Source: Nitrosopumilus sp.
GTDB lineage: Archaea; Thermoproteota; Nitrososphaeria; Nitrososphaerales; Nitrosopumilaceae
Direction: 5' to 3'
NCBI GenBank assembly: GCA_963667665.2
Contig: OY763927.2
Span: forward strand, 1,472,001 to 1,536,000
Length of the DNA: 64,000 nucleotides
The position numbers and the translations under genes are program-made. This document shows, piece by piece, positions 39,919 to 50,428 of the stretch. Every line of letters starts with the position of its first letter. Position 1 is the first letter of the stretch. The notes under the pieces are model-generated. The model was given only the letters and a program-made list of their open reading frames with translations, was not told where the DNA came from and made no database searches.

Positions 39919-40737
39919 TTGTTGAAAAGTATTCCCATAGTGGATAAGATTCCTGAATTAGATATTGCAATTCAGGCTGCAAAAGAGGCAGGAAATACAA
40001 TTTTAGAGATTTATCAAAGAAATTTTAAAATTTCAAAAAAAAGTGATGATTCTCCAATTACTGAAGCAGATCTTAAGAGTAATGAAATCATTAAAGAGAT
40101 TCTTTCACAAACAGAACATGTAATTTTATCAGAAGAAGACACAGATGATCAAAGTAGATTATCAAAAGATACAATTTGGATTGTAGATCCACTTGATGGT
40201 ACTTCTGATTTTATTGATAAAACAGGAGAGTTTACAGTAATGATTGCGTTGATAAAAAACAAGAAACCAATTCTTGGAGTTATTAGTTGGCCTACAGAAA
40301 AAACATTCTTTGTTGCACAAAAAGGAAGCGGGGCATTTAGATATTCAAATGATGAATGGAGAAAAATATCTGTAACTACATTAACAGAACTTTCAAAATG
40401 TAGAGTAGTAGGATCAAGACATCATCTTTCAGATAAAGAAAAATCATTTATTAAAAAATTGGGAATTGAAGATTTTACAAGTATTGGTAGTTCATTAAAG
40501 GTTGGAAAGATTAGTTCAGGAGAAGCTGAAGCATATATCACAACAACAAACAAAATGAAGGAATGGGATTCAGCTGCATCTTATTGTATTATTTCAGAAG
40601 CCGGAGGAAAAATGACTGACATGTCAGGTAATGAAATCACATACAATAACAAAGAAGTTTTTCATCAAAATGGAATTCTAGTTACAAATGGATTAATTCA
40701 CGATAAAATAGTTGAAGAATTTAAAAAATTAGAGTAG
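39919..40737 (+). CDS. cysQ: 3'(2'),5'-bisphosphate nucleotidase (inositol monophosphatase family)
   Basis: SPITEAD, LSEE, VDPLDGTSDF, EWDSAA. Confidence 0.9.
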   Translation: MLKSIPIVDKIPELDIAIQAAKEAGNTILEIYQRNFKISKKSDDSPITEADLKSNEIIKEILSQTEHVILSEEDTDDQSRLSKDTIWIVDPLDGTSDFIDKTGEFTVMIALIKNKKPILGVISWPTEKTFFVAQKGSGAFRYSNDEWRKISVTTLTELSKCRVVGSRHHLSDKEKSFIKKLGIEDFTSIGSSLKVGKISSGEAEAYITTTNKMKEWDSAASYCIISEAGGKMTDMSGNEITYNNKEVFHQNGILVTNGLIHDKIVEEFKKLE

Positions 40738-41244
40738 GTTTCTTCCGTTAAGAAAGTCCTTTACTTTGTTTGCACTATCTGAAAGTGGTTCATCTTCAGT
40801 ATCAATTATCAAATCTGCGTTTTCTGGAGCTTCATAAGGATCATCAATTCCTGTAAATCCTTTGATTTCTCCTTTTCTTGTCTTGGCATACATGCCTTTG
40901 ACATCTCTTTCTTCACATTTCTCAAGAGAGCATTTTACATAACATTCTGCAAACTGATCACCTGCATCGATAATTTCTCTAGCATTTTTTCTATTCTCAA
41001 CATATGGAGACACCAAAGATACTACACTTGGAACACCGTGATTTAGCAAAAGCTTAGCCAAATGAGCAACTTTTTTGTTGTGCTCATCACGTCCTGCTTT
41101 TGAAAAGTCTTTTGGAGAAAACCATTCTCTTAGTTCATCACCATCAAGCATTGCCAAGTTAGGAATGTCTTTTTGCAAATCTTTTACGATAGTGGTCTTA
41201 CCTGAACAAGGAAGACCAGTCATCCAAAGAACAAAAGGTTTCAT
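40729..41244 (-). CDS. cysC: Adenylyl-sulfate kinase
   Basis: WMTGLPCSGKTT, LDGD, RDVKGMY, FTGIDDPYEAP. Confidence 0.95.
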   Translation of the reverse strand: MKPFVLWMTGLPCSGKTTIVKDLQKDIPNLAMLDGDELREWFSPKDFSKAGRDEHNKKVAHLAKLLLNHGVPSVVSLVSPYVENRKNAREIIDAGDQFAECYVKCSLEKCEERDVKGMYAKTRKGEIKGFTGIDDPYEAPENADLIIDTEDEPLSDSANKVKDFLNGRNLL

Positions 41245-41280
41245 AAATCAAATTCCTTAAGAGCCCATAAAGAGCTTACG

Positions 41281-41823
41281 TTAATTTTTAAACCAAGATT
41301 GATTTTCTAGATATTCAATTTCTTTAATCATATCTTCCATTTTTTTTGAAATAGCTATAACTGATTTGAATTGCTCATACATATCATATTCTTCTTCTTT
41401 TGAGAGTACTTCTGCTTCAGCTTTATCAAAGAAATTTTCTTCTTTGGTTTTATGATCCATTAGAAATATCGAATATGTTTTTAGATATCTGGCAACAGGT
41501 TCTCTTGCATCTTTTCCTTCTTTCCACTGTTTAAGATATTTTTTAATTTGTAATGCGATTCTTCTAGAAAATTCATGCTCTACTAACAGTTTGTGGATTT
41601 CTTCTTTGAGATGATCATAGCTTGCAACACAAGGAAAATATGCGTCTTCTTCTCTGGAATAATGAATAGAATCTAAGAATTCATCTATAACTAATGAAAT
41701 TTTATCTATATCAGATAAAGGAATATTTTTTCCTACATAAAGTTCCGTATAGCACTTTATGATCACTTTTTCTAATCGTCCAATTTGCTTGTGATCCTCA
41801 CGTAATGATTTTGTTGCACTCAA
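41281..41823 (-). CDS. Hemerythrin HHE domain protein
   Basis: EDH, HYSREE, EHE, HKTKEE. Confidence 0.85.
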   Translation of the reverse strand: MSATKSLREDHKQIGRLEKVIIKCYTELYVGKNIPLSDIDKISLVIDEFLDSIHYSREEDAYFPCVASYDHLKEEIHKLLVEHEFSRRIALQIKKYLKQWKEGKDAREPVARYLKTYSIFLMDHKTKEENFFDKAEAEVLSKEEEYDMYEQFKSVIAISKKMEDMIKEIEYLENQSWFKN

Positions 41824-41941
41824 GTAAGAAAAGTATTGTCAAGGTAGATTTAATGTGTATCTAAAAATCAACTATGGAGCTTAAAATTATCAAACAAATT
41901 CAGTTTAACTTTTATCCACACATATTTACATTCAGTCATTA

Positions 41942-43327
41942 ATGAACTCCATAATTTTGTCTATTTTGAATTTGATTAGAGGTCAAAGTGAAGAGGTGTT
42001 CCCATTTTCTGATTTTGATACAAGTTTGATTTTTGACAAAATTGTAGAATTACAAAATTCTATAGGGACATTATCTAGTCAAGATGGAGGAATTGCTTCA
42101 GCTCATGTAATATTACTTGCAGCAGGAGTGGTAATTTTTCTTGGAGTTGCAGGAGAAGCATTCTTCAAAAAAACAGGAATTCCAGATGTAGCATTCTTGA
42201 TGATTTTTGGAGTAATTATAGGACCTGTTTTAGGTATTATTCAACCAGAAGCTGTTATCCAAGTGGTGCCATATTTTGCAGCACTTGCATTGATAATCAT
42301 CATGTTTGATGGTGGATTACACCTAGACATCAAACATGTAATCAAAACTGCACACTTTTCTGTAACACTAGCTATTCTTGGTTTTATTTTATCAGTTGTA
42401 ATCATTACACTCGCTGCACATTTTGCATTAGGATGGTTATGGTTAGAGAGTATTTTGTTAGCTTCAATTGTAGGGGGAAGTAGTTCAGCAATTGTTTTTG
42501 GTCTTGTTAGAAATATCAAAATTTCAGAAGAAGTCAAATCAATGTTAAGTTTTGAATCTGCACTAACTGATATTTTAGCCATGATTGCTGCATTCATATT
42601 ATTTGAAGCAGTGCTAATAGGACATTTTGACTTGCAAACATTGCAAGAAACACTTGGTAGAGCAATAGTTGTAGGTTTGGTTCTTGGATTTGGAGTAGGA
42701 ATTCCTTGGATGTATGTTTCAACAAAGCTGGGTAATGCTCAACACGCATACATGCTTACATTAGGAATCTTGTTTGTTTTGTTTTTCTTAGCAAACTCAT
42801 TTGGAGAATCAGGAGCTTTGACAGCACTAGTATTTGGGATAATGCTTGGAAATAAAAAACATCTTTCACGAATACTCAAATTTAAGCTTCCAAAAATTGA
42901 GATGGATGATCCAACACATAATCAACTGACATTTTTGGTAAGATCATTTTTCTTTGTGTTTGTTGGATTATTGGCAAGTTTTGGACAAATAGAATATGTT
43001 GTATTTGGAATTTTGATTACAGTTGCTGTTTATGGAGGAAGAATATTTGTTGGTAAGGTAACGCTAACAAAGAGATTCTCCAAATTGGATAGAGCAGTCA
43101 CAAACTCTATGATTCCTAGAGGATTAGCTGCAGCCGTACTTGCTACATTTCCTATTACAATGGGTTTACCAAATGCAGAAGCGTATCCACAAATCATATT
43201 CTTTATCATTTTATCATCAGTAATAATTACAACAATTGGATTAGGAAAATCAAAAAAGATTCCTCCACCTGAATCAGTTGAAGGAGGATTTGTCAAAAAA
43301 CCACCTGAGGATTCTCAAAAAGAATAA
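41942..43327 (+). CDS. Cation:proton antiporter (CPA1, NhaP-like)
   Basis: MFDGG, LSFESALTD, PRGLAAAV; multi-TM. Confidence 0.9.
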   Translation: MNSIILSILNLIRGQSEEVFPFSDFDTSLIFDKIVELQNSIGTLSSQDGGIASAHVILLAAGVVIFLGVAGEAFFKKTGIPDVAFLMIFGVIIGPVLGIIQPEAVIQVVPYFAALALIIIMFDGGLHLDIKHVIKTAHFSVTLAILGFILSVVIITLAAHFALGWLWLESILLASIVGGSSSAIVFGLVRNIKISEEVKSMLSFESALTDILAMIAAFILFEAVLIGHFDLQTLQETLGRAIVVGLVLGFGVGIPWMYVSTKLGNAQHAYMLTLGILFVLFFLANSFGESGALTALVFGIMLGNKKHLSRILKFKLPKIEMDDPTHNQLTFLVRSFFFVFVGLLASFGQIEYVVFGILITVAVYGGRIFVGKVTLTKRFSKLDRAVTNSMIPRGLAAAVLATFPITMGLPNAEAYPQIIFFIILSSVIITTIGLGKSKKIPPPESVEGGFVKKPPEDSQKE

Positions 43328-43361
43328 ACTAATACTTTATTTCATGAAAAATGAATTAGAA

Positions 43362-44267
43362 TTATAAATCAAGTGACTCTTTGAGACCTTTGTATCTATT
43401 TCTAATAGTTACTTCAGTAACATTTGCAGCTTCTGCAATATCACGTTGAGTTTTGTCTTCCCCATTTCTTACACAAGATAGGTACAATGCTGCGGCCGCT
43501 AATCCCATAGGATCTTTTCCTGCAGAAACTTCTTTTTCTTGTGCCTGTTTTAGTACTTTGATTGCATATCTTTTTGTTTTTTCAGCAATTCCAATTCTGC
43601 TTGCAATTCTTGCAACACATTGGACTGAATCAGTTACTGGCATTTTCAAGTCAAGTTCTTTGACTAGTAATCTATAACATCTTGCAATATCTTTTCTTTT
43701 GATGTTACCAGCTTGTTCTACATCTTTTAGATTTCTTGGTGTTGAAGTATCACGACATGCAGCATAAAGTGCTGCAGCCATTAAAGCTGAAATAGAACGT
43801 CCTCTAACAAGTCCTTTTTCAAGTGCTTTTCTGTAAAGGTAAGCTGCTTTTTCAATTACTGCATCAGAAATAGCTAGTTTATCTTTTAATCTATTTAATT
43901 CACTAAATGCTTGTCTAAAGTTTCTATCTATTGGTTCATGAACTTGACTTCTACTATCCCAAGTTCTGAGTCTTTGAATTGTACTTTTCATAGATGTTGT
44001 AAGTGGTTTACCAGAAGCATCTTTGTTAACTGGATTGATAATTGTTGCAAGACCCATGTCGTGCATTGTTAAGGATGTTGGTGCACCAGCTCGTGCTCTA
44101 TCTCCATTTTGGTCTTGAGAAAAGGATCTCCATTCAGGACCAGATTCTTGTAATTTTTCAGTAATTACAAATCCACATTTGGAGCAAAACATCTCTCCTG
44201 ATTCATTATCAGTAACTAATTTTCCCTGTGCACATCTTGGGCACGATTCATTTGTTTTACTTACCAT
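43362..44267 (-). CDS. tfb: Transcription initiation factor IIB
   Basis: CPRC..CSKCG Zn ribbon, GPEWRSF, cyclin repeats, VTEVTIRNRY. Confidence 0.96.
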   Translation of the reverse strand: MVSKTNESCPRCAQGKLVTDNESGEMFCSKCGFVITEKLQESGPEWRSFSQDQNGDRARAGAPTSLTMHDMGLATIINPVNKDASGKPLTTSMKSTIQRLRTWDSRSQVHEPIDRNFRQAFSELNRLKDKLAISDAVIEKAAYLYRKALEKGLVRGRSISALMAAALYAACRDTSTPRNLKDVEQAGNIKRKDIARCYRLLVKELDLKMPVTDSVQCVARIASRIGIAEKTKRYAIKVLKQAQEKEVSAGKDPMGLAAAALYLSCVRNGEDKTQRDIAEAANVTEVTIRNRYKGLKESLDL

Positions 44268-44367
44268 TTATGATTCTAGAATCCTGCGTTGTTTGGTATT
44301 TATTAATCAACAACTTTTTTCTTTAGATTTTAAGCCCAATAATGCAAAATAGATATTTTGGAGTGAT

Positions 44368-44670
44368 CTAAGATTCTAGTTTTTCTTTTATAATTTGAAT
44401 ATATTTTTTGTTGTACTCGTTGAATAGTTGAATTTTGTTTTGAGCCAAGGCCATAGCACCTAGTCTGGTATTCACGTGTATTTGAGAAATTTTTTGTTGT
44501 TTCAAGATTTTCTCAAGATTCTCTTTTGATAGAGATTTTAATTCTTCAAGCAAAATTGCAAGTTCGTTTTCAAGAATATTTTTGGTGTCAGGAGTTGCAG
44601 GTGGTTTGGCACCAATGATTTCCTTAGTTGTAATATTACCAAATACTTTTTTGTCTAATTCAAGCAACAC
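44368..44670 (-). CDS. Hypothetical protein
   Basis: 100-aa ORF. Confidence 0.6.
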   Translation of the reverse strand: MLLELDKKVFGNITTKEIIGAKPPATPDTKNILENELAILLEELKSLSKENLEKILKQQKISQIHVNTRLGAMALAQNKIQLFNEYNKKYIQIIKEKLES

Positions 44671-44785
44671 TAGAAAGTGAAATTAGGATATTATAAATTC
44701 AATTTTTTTTGAAAAGTTTTGGAATATACTTAACTACGCCTAAGAAATGAATTCCTACTTATAAGAAAACAATGCAAGTAAAATT

Positions 44786-45058
44786 ATGACAATTCCGGTT
44801 GAAGTTGAAGAAGTTATTGAAAAACACATTAAATTAATGATTTCCCAAACTGAGACATATCTACCTTTTATCAGAGTTGTATTTCCTTACTCAAAAAATA
44901 TAGCTGATGGTGTTTACAATCTAATTATTGGTAGTGCGCTCTTTGTATTTGTCAATCAATTTGCAATTAAGATGGTAAATCCTACTGTAGAAGATTTTAC
45001 AGATTTTGGAAAAATTGCTTTAAAATATAGAGATCAAATTGACAAGTTTTTCAAATAG
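44786..45058 (+). CDS. Hypothetical protein
   Basis: 90-aa ORF with TTATAA about 25 nt upstream. Confidence 0.65.
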   Translation: MTIPVEVEEVIEKHIKLMISQTETYLPFIRVVFPYSKNIADGVYNLIIGSALFVFVNQFAIKMVNPTVEDFTDFGKIALKYRDQIDKFFK

Positions 45059-45289
45059 TTATGCCAATTCACCTAGAAAATGAACAGCATCATTAGTTAC
45101 AATAACTGTTCTATCTTTAGGAACATGGTATAATTTTTTTGAACCATTAGAAGATTGAACAATAAGTTTTGAAAATGGATCTTTGAGTGATTTGTAAAGA
45201 ATTCCTTTATCACCTACTGATTGAGACCAGTGTGTTCCTTGTACAAAGGAAATTGTTTGAAACTTTACAACTTGGTATGAATAAACCAT
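45059..45289 (-). CDS. Hypothetical protein
   Basis: 76-aa ORF downstream of the crcB remnant. Confidence 0.6.
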   Translation of the reverse strand: MVYSYQVVKFQTISFVQGTHWSQSVGDKGILYKSLKDPFSKLIVQSSNGSKKLYHVPKDRTVIVTNDAVHFLGELA

Positions 45290-45295
45290 TTCTAA

Positions 45296-45577
45296 TTAAT
45301 TATTGATTATTGCACTCATTAAGGATTTTCCTCCAATTAGTGCTGCAATAGATAATCCAACATTTGCAGCAATATTGATTGCAAGTATTCCATAGTGATT
45401 GCTCTCAAGAAGATTACTTGAATCAAGTGCAAATGCAGACATTATTGTAAGTGAACCGCAAAACCCTAATGCAGTAAAAAGAGAATATCGTCCATCAAGA
45501 TTCTATTGTTATGACATTATGACAAATGCCTCAAGTACAGAACCTACTGCAAGAAAAACAAATTCTAAACCTTTCAT
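45296..45577 (-). pseudogene. crcB: Fluoride channel Fluc/CrcB remnant
   Basis: MKGLEFVFLAVGSVL..., GFCGSLTIMSAF signature, ...AANVGLSIAALIGG; internal deletion of the TM1-TM2 part, two stops and a frameshift. Confidence 0.8.
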
Positions 45578-45707
45578 CTATTTTCTAACATAAACTAATG
45601 ATATTAGTGCTATTTGAGAGAATATAGATACAATTCATGTCAATCTCATTATAAATCTAAAAATCAAGTCTATGATTTTTATAGTCACAATATTGTTTTC
45701 AGACTAA

Positions 45708-45899
45708 ATGAATCTCAAACTAAGATGTGAAGATTATGGTTTTGAATGTGAATTTGCTCTTGATGAAGAAAAATCTTTAGCGGAACTCAAAAAATTTAGA
45801 GACCATTTTGAAGAAGAACACGGAATTGATTATACAATAGAAGCAGTTACCCAAATGATTACAAATCGTGGACATTCTTTAGATTCAATTAAGAAATAA
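45708..45899 (+). CDS. DUF1059-like small metal-binding protein
   Basis: LRCEDYGFECEF...HFEEEHG. Confidence 0.8.
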   Translation: MNLKLRCEDYGFECEFALDEEKSLAELKKFRDHFEEEHGIDYTIEAVTQMITNRGHSLDSIKK

Positions 45900-46075
45900 A
45901 TTATTAAAAAAAATTATTTTTTTATTTTAACATTTATTACAATGTATATTGTATAGCATACAAAGAGTTATTTTTTGAAAAGTTTAGGAATTTTTTGTAT
46001 GCAAAGCTTTGTTTTGATTACAAAATTACCTGAAACAAATTATTTTTATTTTAGAAACACCAATTATAGTTAGTA

Positions 46076-46996
46076 GTGATAGGAAATTATTCTAGTGATT
46101 ATGATGTAAAGTGTCAACTTGATACTTGCAAAACCTACCCCGTAATAACAGATTCTGAAAGAGGAGAAATTGTTTGTGGGGGATGCGGTCTTATTCTAGT
46201 GCAAAACATGCTTGACACATCATATGAAAACAATGGTTACACTTTAGAAGGCTTTATGAAGCAAGCAAGAACAGGTCCTGCTACATCACTAACAATGTTT
46301 GATAAGGGATTATCAACTGTAATTGGTACCAACAAAGATTTTTCTGGAAACTCATTATCTAGCAAAACAAAATATGAATTCAATAGACTACGAACATGGG
46401 ATCAGAGAAGTAAATCAAGAAATACTGCTAGCTTAAGCAAAGCGTTTACCTTACTTCATGGAATGAAAACAAAGTTAGGGATTCCAGATAATGTTGTAGA
46501 GAATGCTGCCTATATTTACAGAAAAATAGTTAGTGCAAAACTAACCAGAGGAAGAACAATGGCAACATTGATTTCAGCTGCTTTGTATGCTGCATGTAGA
46601 GAAAATAACATTCCAAGAACGTTAAATGATATTGCAGAAGCTGGAAATGTTGAAAGAAGAATACTTTCGCGTGATTTGAGAACTATAATCAAAAAACTTG
46701 GATTGAATCTTAATCAGTATGATACTAATTCATTTATCACAAAAATTTCAAACAACATGAATCTAAAAGAAAAGATCAAACGAGATGCATTTGAGATTCT
46801 AAAGCGCTGTGAAAAAGAAGAGATTACTGCTGGAAAACATCCTGTAGCGCAAGCTGCTGCTTCATTATATATTTCATGTATAATGAATGGTGTAAAAATT
46901 AGTCAAAAGAAATTTTCAGAAGAATCTGGAGTGAGTGATGTTACAATTAGAAATAGATCTGTCTTAATTAAGAAAACATTAAAACTAGTAGAGTAA
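46076..46996 (+). CDS. tfb: Transcription initiation factor IIB paralogue
   Basis: Zn ribbon (C..DTC..CGGCG), RLRTWD, GKHP..AAA.LY, VSDVTIRNR. Confidence 0.92.
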   Translation: MIGNYSSDYDVKCQLDTCKTYPVITDSERGEIVCGGCGLILVQNMLDTSYENNGYTLEGFMKQARTGPATSLTMFDKGLSTVIGTNKDFSGNSLSSKTKYEFNRLRTWDQRSKSRNTASLSKAFTLLHGMKTKLGIPDNVVENAAYIYRKIVSAKLTRGRTMATLISAALYAACRENNIPRTLNDIAEAGNVERRILSRDLRTIIKKLGLNLNQYDTNSFITKISNNMNLKEKIKRDAFEILKRCEKEEITAGKHPVAQAAASLYISCIMNGVKISQKKFSEESGVSDVTIRNRSVLIKKTLKLVE

Positions 46997-47011
46997 ACTT
47001 TTAAAAAAATT

Positions 47012-47449
47012 CTACAGGTTAATTATAGGAGAAAATATTTTTTCAAATAATACATCTTTCAGTCTATTTACCAAATCCATTATTACTTGTATTTGCTCCA
47101 TTGCTATTTCTTTAAGATTTGCAATGCTATCATTTAGTTCCAATATTTCAGCTTGTAATCTTGAATTTTCATTTTTTATAGTTGATATTTGTCCTTGAAG
47201 GTTGGTATTTTGTTGTTTTAGTTTGTCATTTTCTTCAGTTAATCGTTGTATTTTTTCTAAATCAGTATCTCCTGGGAATGGTTCTGGAACAGGATCAGAT
47301 TTGGGTAATTGAATTGGTGCTGGTTCTGGAGAGGGTTCAGGAATTCCAGGTGGTTTTGGTTCTTGTTCAGTTTCAAACGCTAATGTAAATTGCAAGGAAC
47401 TAACTAAAAGAAGCATAACAGTTAAACCAAAAATAAGACTACTTTTCAT
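47012..47449 (-). CDS. Secreted Pro-rich/coiled-coil protein
   Basis: Signal peptide, EP-rich linker, heptad repeat. Confidence 0.7.
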   Translation of the reverse strand: MKSSLIFGLTVMLLLVSSLQFTLAFETEQEPKPPGIPEPSPEPAPIQLPKSDPVPEPFPGDTDLEKIQRLTEENDKLKQQNTNLQGQISTIKNENSRLQAEILELNDSIANLKEIAMEQIQVIMDLVNRLKDVLFEKIFSPIINL

Positions 47450-47613
47450 TTTATTATTTCACTAACATACTAGAACAATTTTGTATATGAATATGATTAT
47501 TAATTTCTAAGAAGTAGTGTTTTGTCCAATTAAGTAGTGAACAGTTCGTCAAACATTACAGAAATTACTCTCTTCTATCTTTCAAAAAATTATGCGAACA
47601 TTTTCTGGAGAGA

Positions 47614-48441
47614 ATGATGGCAAGAAGAAAACTATCCCTGTATGGGAAAAGAGCAACTACAGATGATATTCTAGAAGAAATTAATCGCCTTCTTTACGCT
47701 AAAGGAAACAGACCATACCCGCTAAAGCCTGTAGAAATTGCAAAGGCAATTGGCATGTCTCGTCAATCCATTTACAACTATATCAAAAAATTATCAAAAC
47801 AAGGAGATGTGATTAGACTACAGTCTGGTCATTTTTTCCTACCAAAGGCAGAAGAAAGTGAATTTCGTGAATTCAATAAATTTCATGAGATTACCAATGA
47901 TCCTCTAATTTCAGAATGGATGGAGGATTTACTGACAAGAAAACAAGGTCTTCCACTAAAGGTATGGAAAACCAGACTACGTTCAGTCGAAACAGTCTGT
48001 AATACATGCAAAGTGACTCCATATGATTTTACAATATCCAAGAAAAATACAGAAAAGATTATGCGCTCCTTTGCAAGACATTTCCAAAGCGGAGACATTG
48101 TCTGTTCAAACAGTGGTAGAAGAAACTCACTGGGAATGAATACAACAGTATACGCAAAAGTCCAGGCAGTTCGTGATTTTTGCTCATTTTATGACATTAC
48201 TTGGAGAAAGGGAGTTACTGGAATAATGTCACAAAAGACTCCACAACACAGGAAATATGCAGATATCAGATTTACCGATGAAGAGTTTGATGCAGCAGAT
48301 ACACCATTAAGACAAGAAGTTCAACAAACTTATTTTGAATTACATAAAAAATCAATGCCAGAGTTAGATAGATTTACTCAGAGTGAATTGCAGTGGGGAG
48401 CTTTAGAAACTGAAGCACTATATACGATCAAGTCCTATTAA
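47614..48441 (+). pseudogene. HTH + N-terminal part of a tyrosine integrase-like protein, catalytic domain missing
   Basis: EIAKAIGMSRQSIYNY HTH, SAM-like domain (VQAVRDF), YADIRFTDEEF then an unrelated short tail; no R/HxxR/Y. Confidence 0.5.
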
Positions 48442-48445
48442 TAAG

Positions 48446-48898
48446 ATGATAATACAGATGAAAGAATTAACAACAAAAGCAAATAAAAGTAATGATCTGC
48501 TACTACAGCCAGGTATGGTTGTGGGAAAACTAGTAAAAAATTCTAGCCATTCCAAACAAGAAGTTATTTTAGATGAAAGTATTGATGATGTTTTAAAAAA
48601 TGTAAATTTGTTAAAAATCCCTTCTCAAGTGTTTAATCCACATAGATTATTAATTTTAACTGCATTGGATCGTTTTGGTGCATTAGATTTTCCTTCGTTA
48701 CGTGATGGAGTTTTGTTAAATAGAAGTGATGGAAATATAGCTAATCATTTACGAGTGTTAAAAGATCTGGAATTCATTAAAGTTGAGAAAAGATTTGTAG
48801 ATAGGAAACCAAAAACATACTATAGACTTACAATAAAAGGAAAAGAACTAGTAAAAGATCTAGCAAAACAATTAGTAAGTATTTTTGATGAAGAATAA
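48446..48898 (+). CDS. Winged-helix transcriptional regulator (HTH_34/ArsR-like)
   Basis: HRLLIL, SDGNIANHLRVL, RKPKTYYRLTIKG. Confidence 0.85.
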   Translation: MIIQMKELTTKANKSNDLLLQPGMVVGKLVKNSSHSKQEVILDESIDDVLKNVNLLKIPSQVFNPHRLLILTALDRFGALDFPSLRDGVLLNRSDGNIANHLRVLKDLEFIKVEKRFVDRKPKTYYRLTIKGKELVKDLAKQLVSIFDEE

Positions 48899-48900
48899 CA

Positions 48901-49368
48901 ATGAAAGTTAGAGATAAACTATTTTCATTATTTGATGATCTTGATGTTAAATATGATCTAGAATCATTTGAAAATAGAAAACAATTGCAAAAATTAACAT
49001 ATTTGATCGAAGTGTTTGGTGTTGATTTAAAATTTAGATTTCATTGGTATGTATACGGACCATACGATAAAAGACTCACTGCTGTTCTTTATGATGATAC
49101 ACCAGAATCTTCAGGAAGAGAAGTCAAGGATGTATATCCTAATGAACAAAAAAACCTTGCCAAATTGAAAGATTTCTTAGGTTCTGATATTCATTCAAGT
49201 AGAAATCTTGAGTTGATTGTATCTCTTCATTATATCATGCAAGTGGGAAAGAGAGACAATCTTACAGAAGATAGTAAAATCATTAGACAGTTATTAGATT
49301 TAAAACCACAATTCAATGAATCTGAGGCTAGGTTTTATTTGAAAAGATTAAGAGAATTTTTAGACTAA
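48901..49368 (+). CDS. Panacea/SocA (DUF4065/YwgA)-like antitoxin-type protein
   Basis: RKQLQKLTY...FHWYVYGPY and LELIVSLHY motifs. Confidence 0.6.
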   Translation: MKVRDKLFSLFDDLDVKYDLESFENRKQLQKLTYLIEVFGVDLKFRFHWYVYGPYDKRLTAVLYDDTPESSGREVKDVYPNEQKNLAKLKDFLGSDIHSSRNLELIVSLHYIMQVGKRDNLTEDSKIIRQLLDLKPQFNESEARFYLKRLREFLD

Positions 49369-49578
49369 AATCATTCCCCCTCGATCCGACAAAACGTTGT
49401 TCTTCACATCCAGTATATGCTATAATTATAGCTTCATTGAGGCTAATTTCTGCAATTTTTCAGCTACGATGGGACAGGTAGATTTAGAATTGATTGTTTT
49501 GGTACCAAATAGGCTCAAAAAACTGATTAAACTGAATGGTTTGCCAATATGTTTAGAGTGTAAAACAGAGAAAAAATA

Positions 49579-50250
49579 CTAATTTTCATCTGACATTATC
49601 AAATCTGCTTTCTCCATTTCAGTAGATATTAGTTCCTCTTGTAATCCGATCATTAATTCAGATAAAATAATTTTAATCTGTTCAAAATGTTCCAAGTCAA
49701 TTTTAATGTCAGTGACATTCTGTTGATTTTGTAACAGTTCTCGAAGATTTAAAACAGCACCAATCAATTTTTTATCAAAATTTTTAGCATTGAAATAATT
49801 TAATTTATTCAGAGTTTCAAAATTTGTATCTACAGATTTAAGATGTATTTTTAGAAGTTCTATAGTTTCAGTGCTTTTATTTGCAGATTTATTATGAATC
49901 GTAATGACGTTAATCAACCAATCAATTTTTGTATCAATTATATCTAGTTGAAATTTAACAACACGTATTCTATCTATTTTAACTGATAATTTCTTGTAAT
50001 TTTCTTTTTTAACAGATGAATAAATTGTTTCAATTTTTTTATTAGTTTTTCTTTCACTATCTTTTGTTATCATTAGAACAAACAATGTAATGATAATACC
50101 GACACCAATTTCTGCAATCAAAGTTGCATTGTTTGACCACTCTTGGTCTCCTTTTACGTATAGATTCTCCATAGCTAACCATGTAAAAATAGCACCGATA
50201 ACTACAATGGGTATTCCAAAACCAAGAAAAATTTGGTCTTTTTTATTCAT
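49579..50250 (-). CDS. 2-TM protein with helical cytoplasmic domain
   Basis: Two N-terminal TMs, helical C-terminus. Confidence 0.65.
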   Translation of the reverse strand: MNKKDQIFLGFGIPIVVIGAIFTWLAMENLYVKGDQEWSNNATLIAEIGVGIIITLFVLMITKDSERKTNKKIETIYSSVKKENYKKLSVKIDRIRVVKFQLDIIDTKIDWLINVITIHNKSANKSTETIELLKIHLKSVDTNFETLNKLNYFNAKNFDKKLIGAVLNLRELLQNQQNVTDIKIDLEHFEQIKIILSELMIGLQEELISTEMEKADLIMSDEN

Positions 50251-50428
50251 AAAATATGAAAAATAGCAGGTGGTATAAAGTAAACTAACACAAAAGACCC
50301 TATCCCAACTGGTTTAACAATATGTTTTGAGTCCTACAAACTTGGAGCTTGTTTACTGATTATTTTGATATCAAATAGGCTTGAATCTTGCTTAGATCGT
50401 TTTTATTGTAAAATACTAAGGGAGAATA

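Noticed and set aside
45578-45700. Fluoride riboswitch upstream of crcB
   Set aside because: No match to the GGCGAUG...AAAC...GCUAAUGAC consensus
43362-46996. Two TFB genes within 4 kb
   Set aside because: TFB expansion is well known in Thaumarchaeota; not novel
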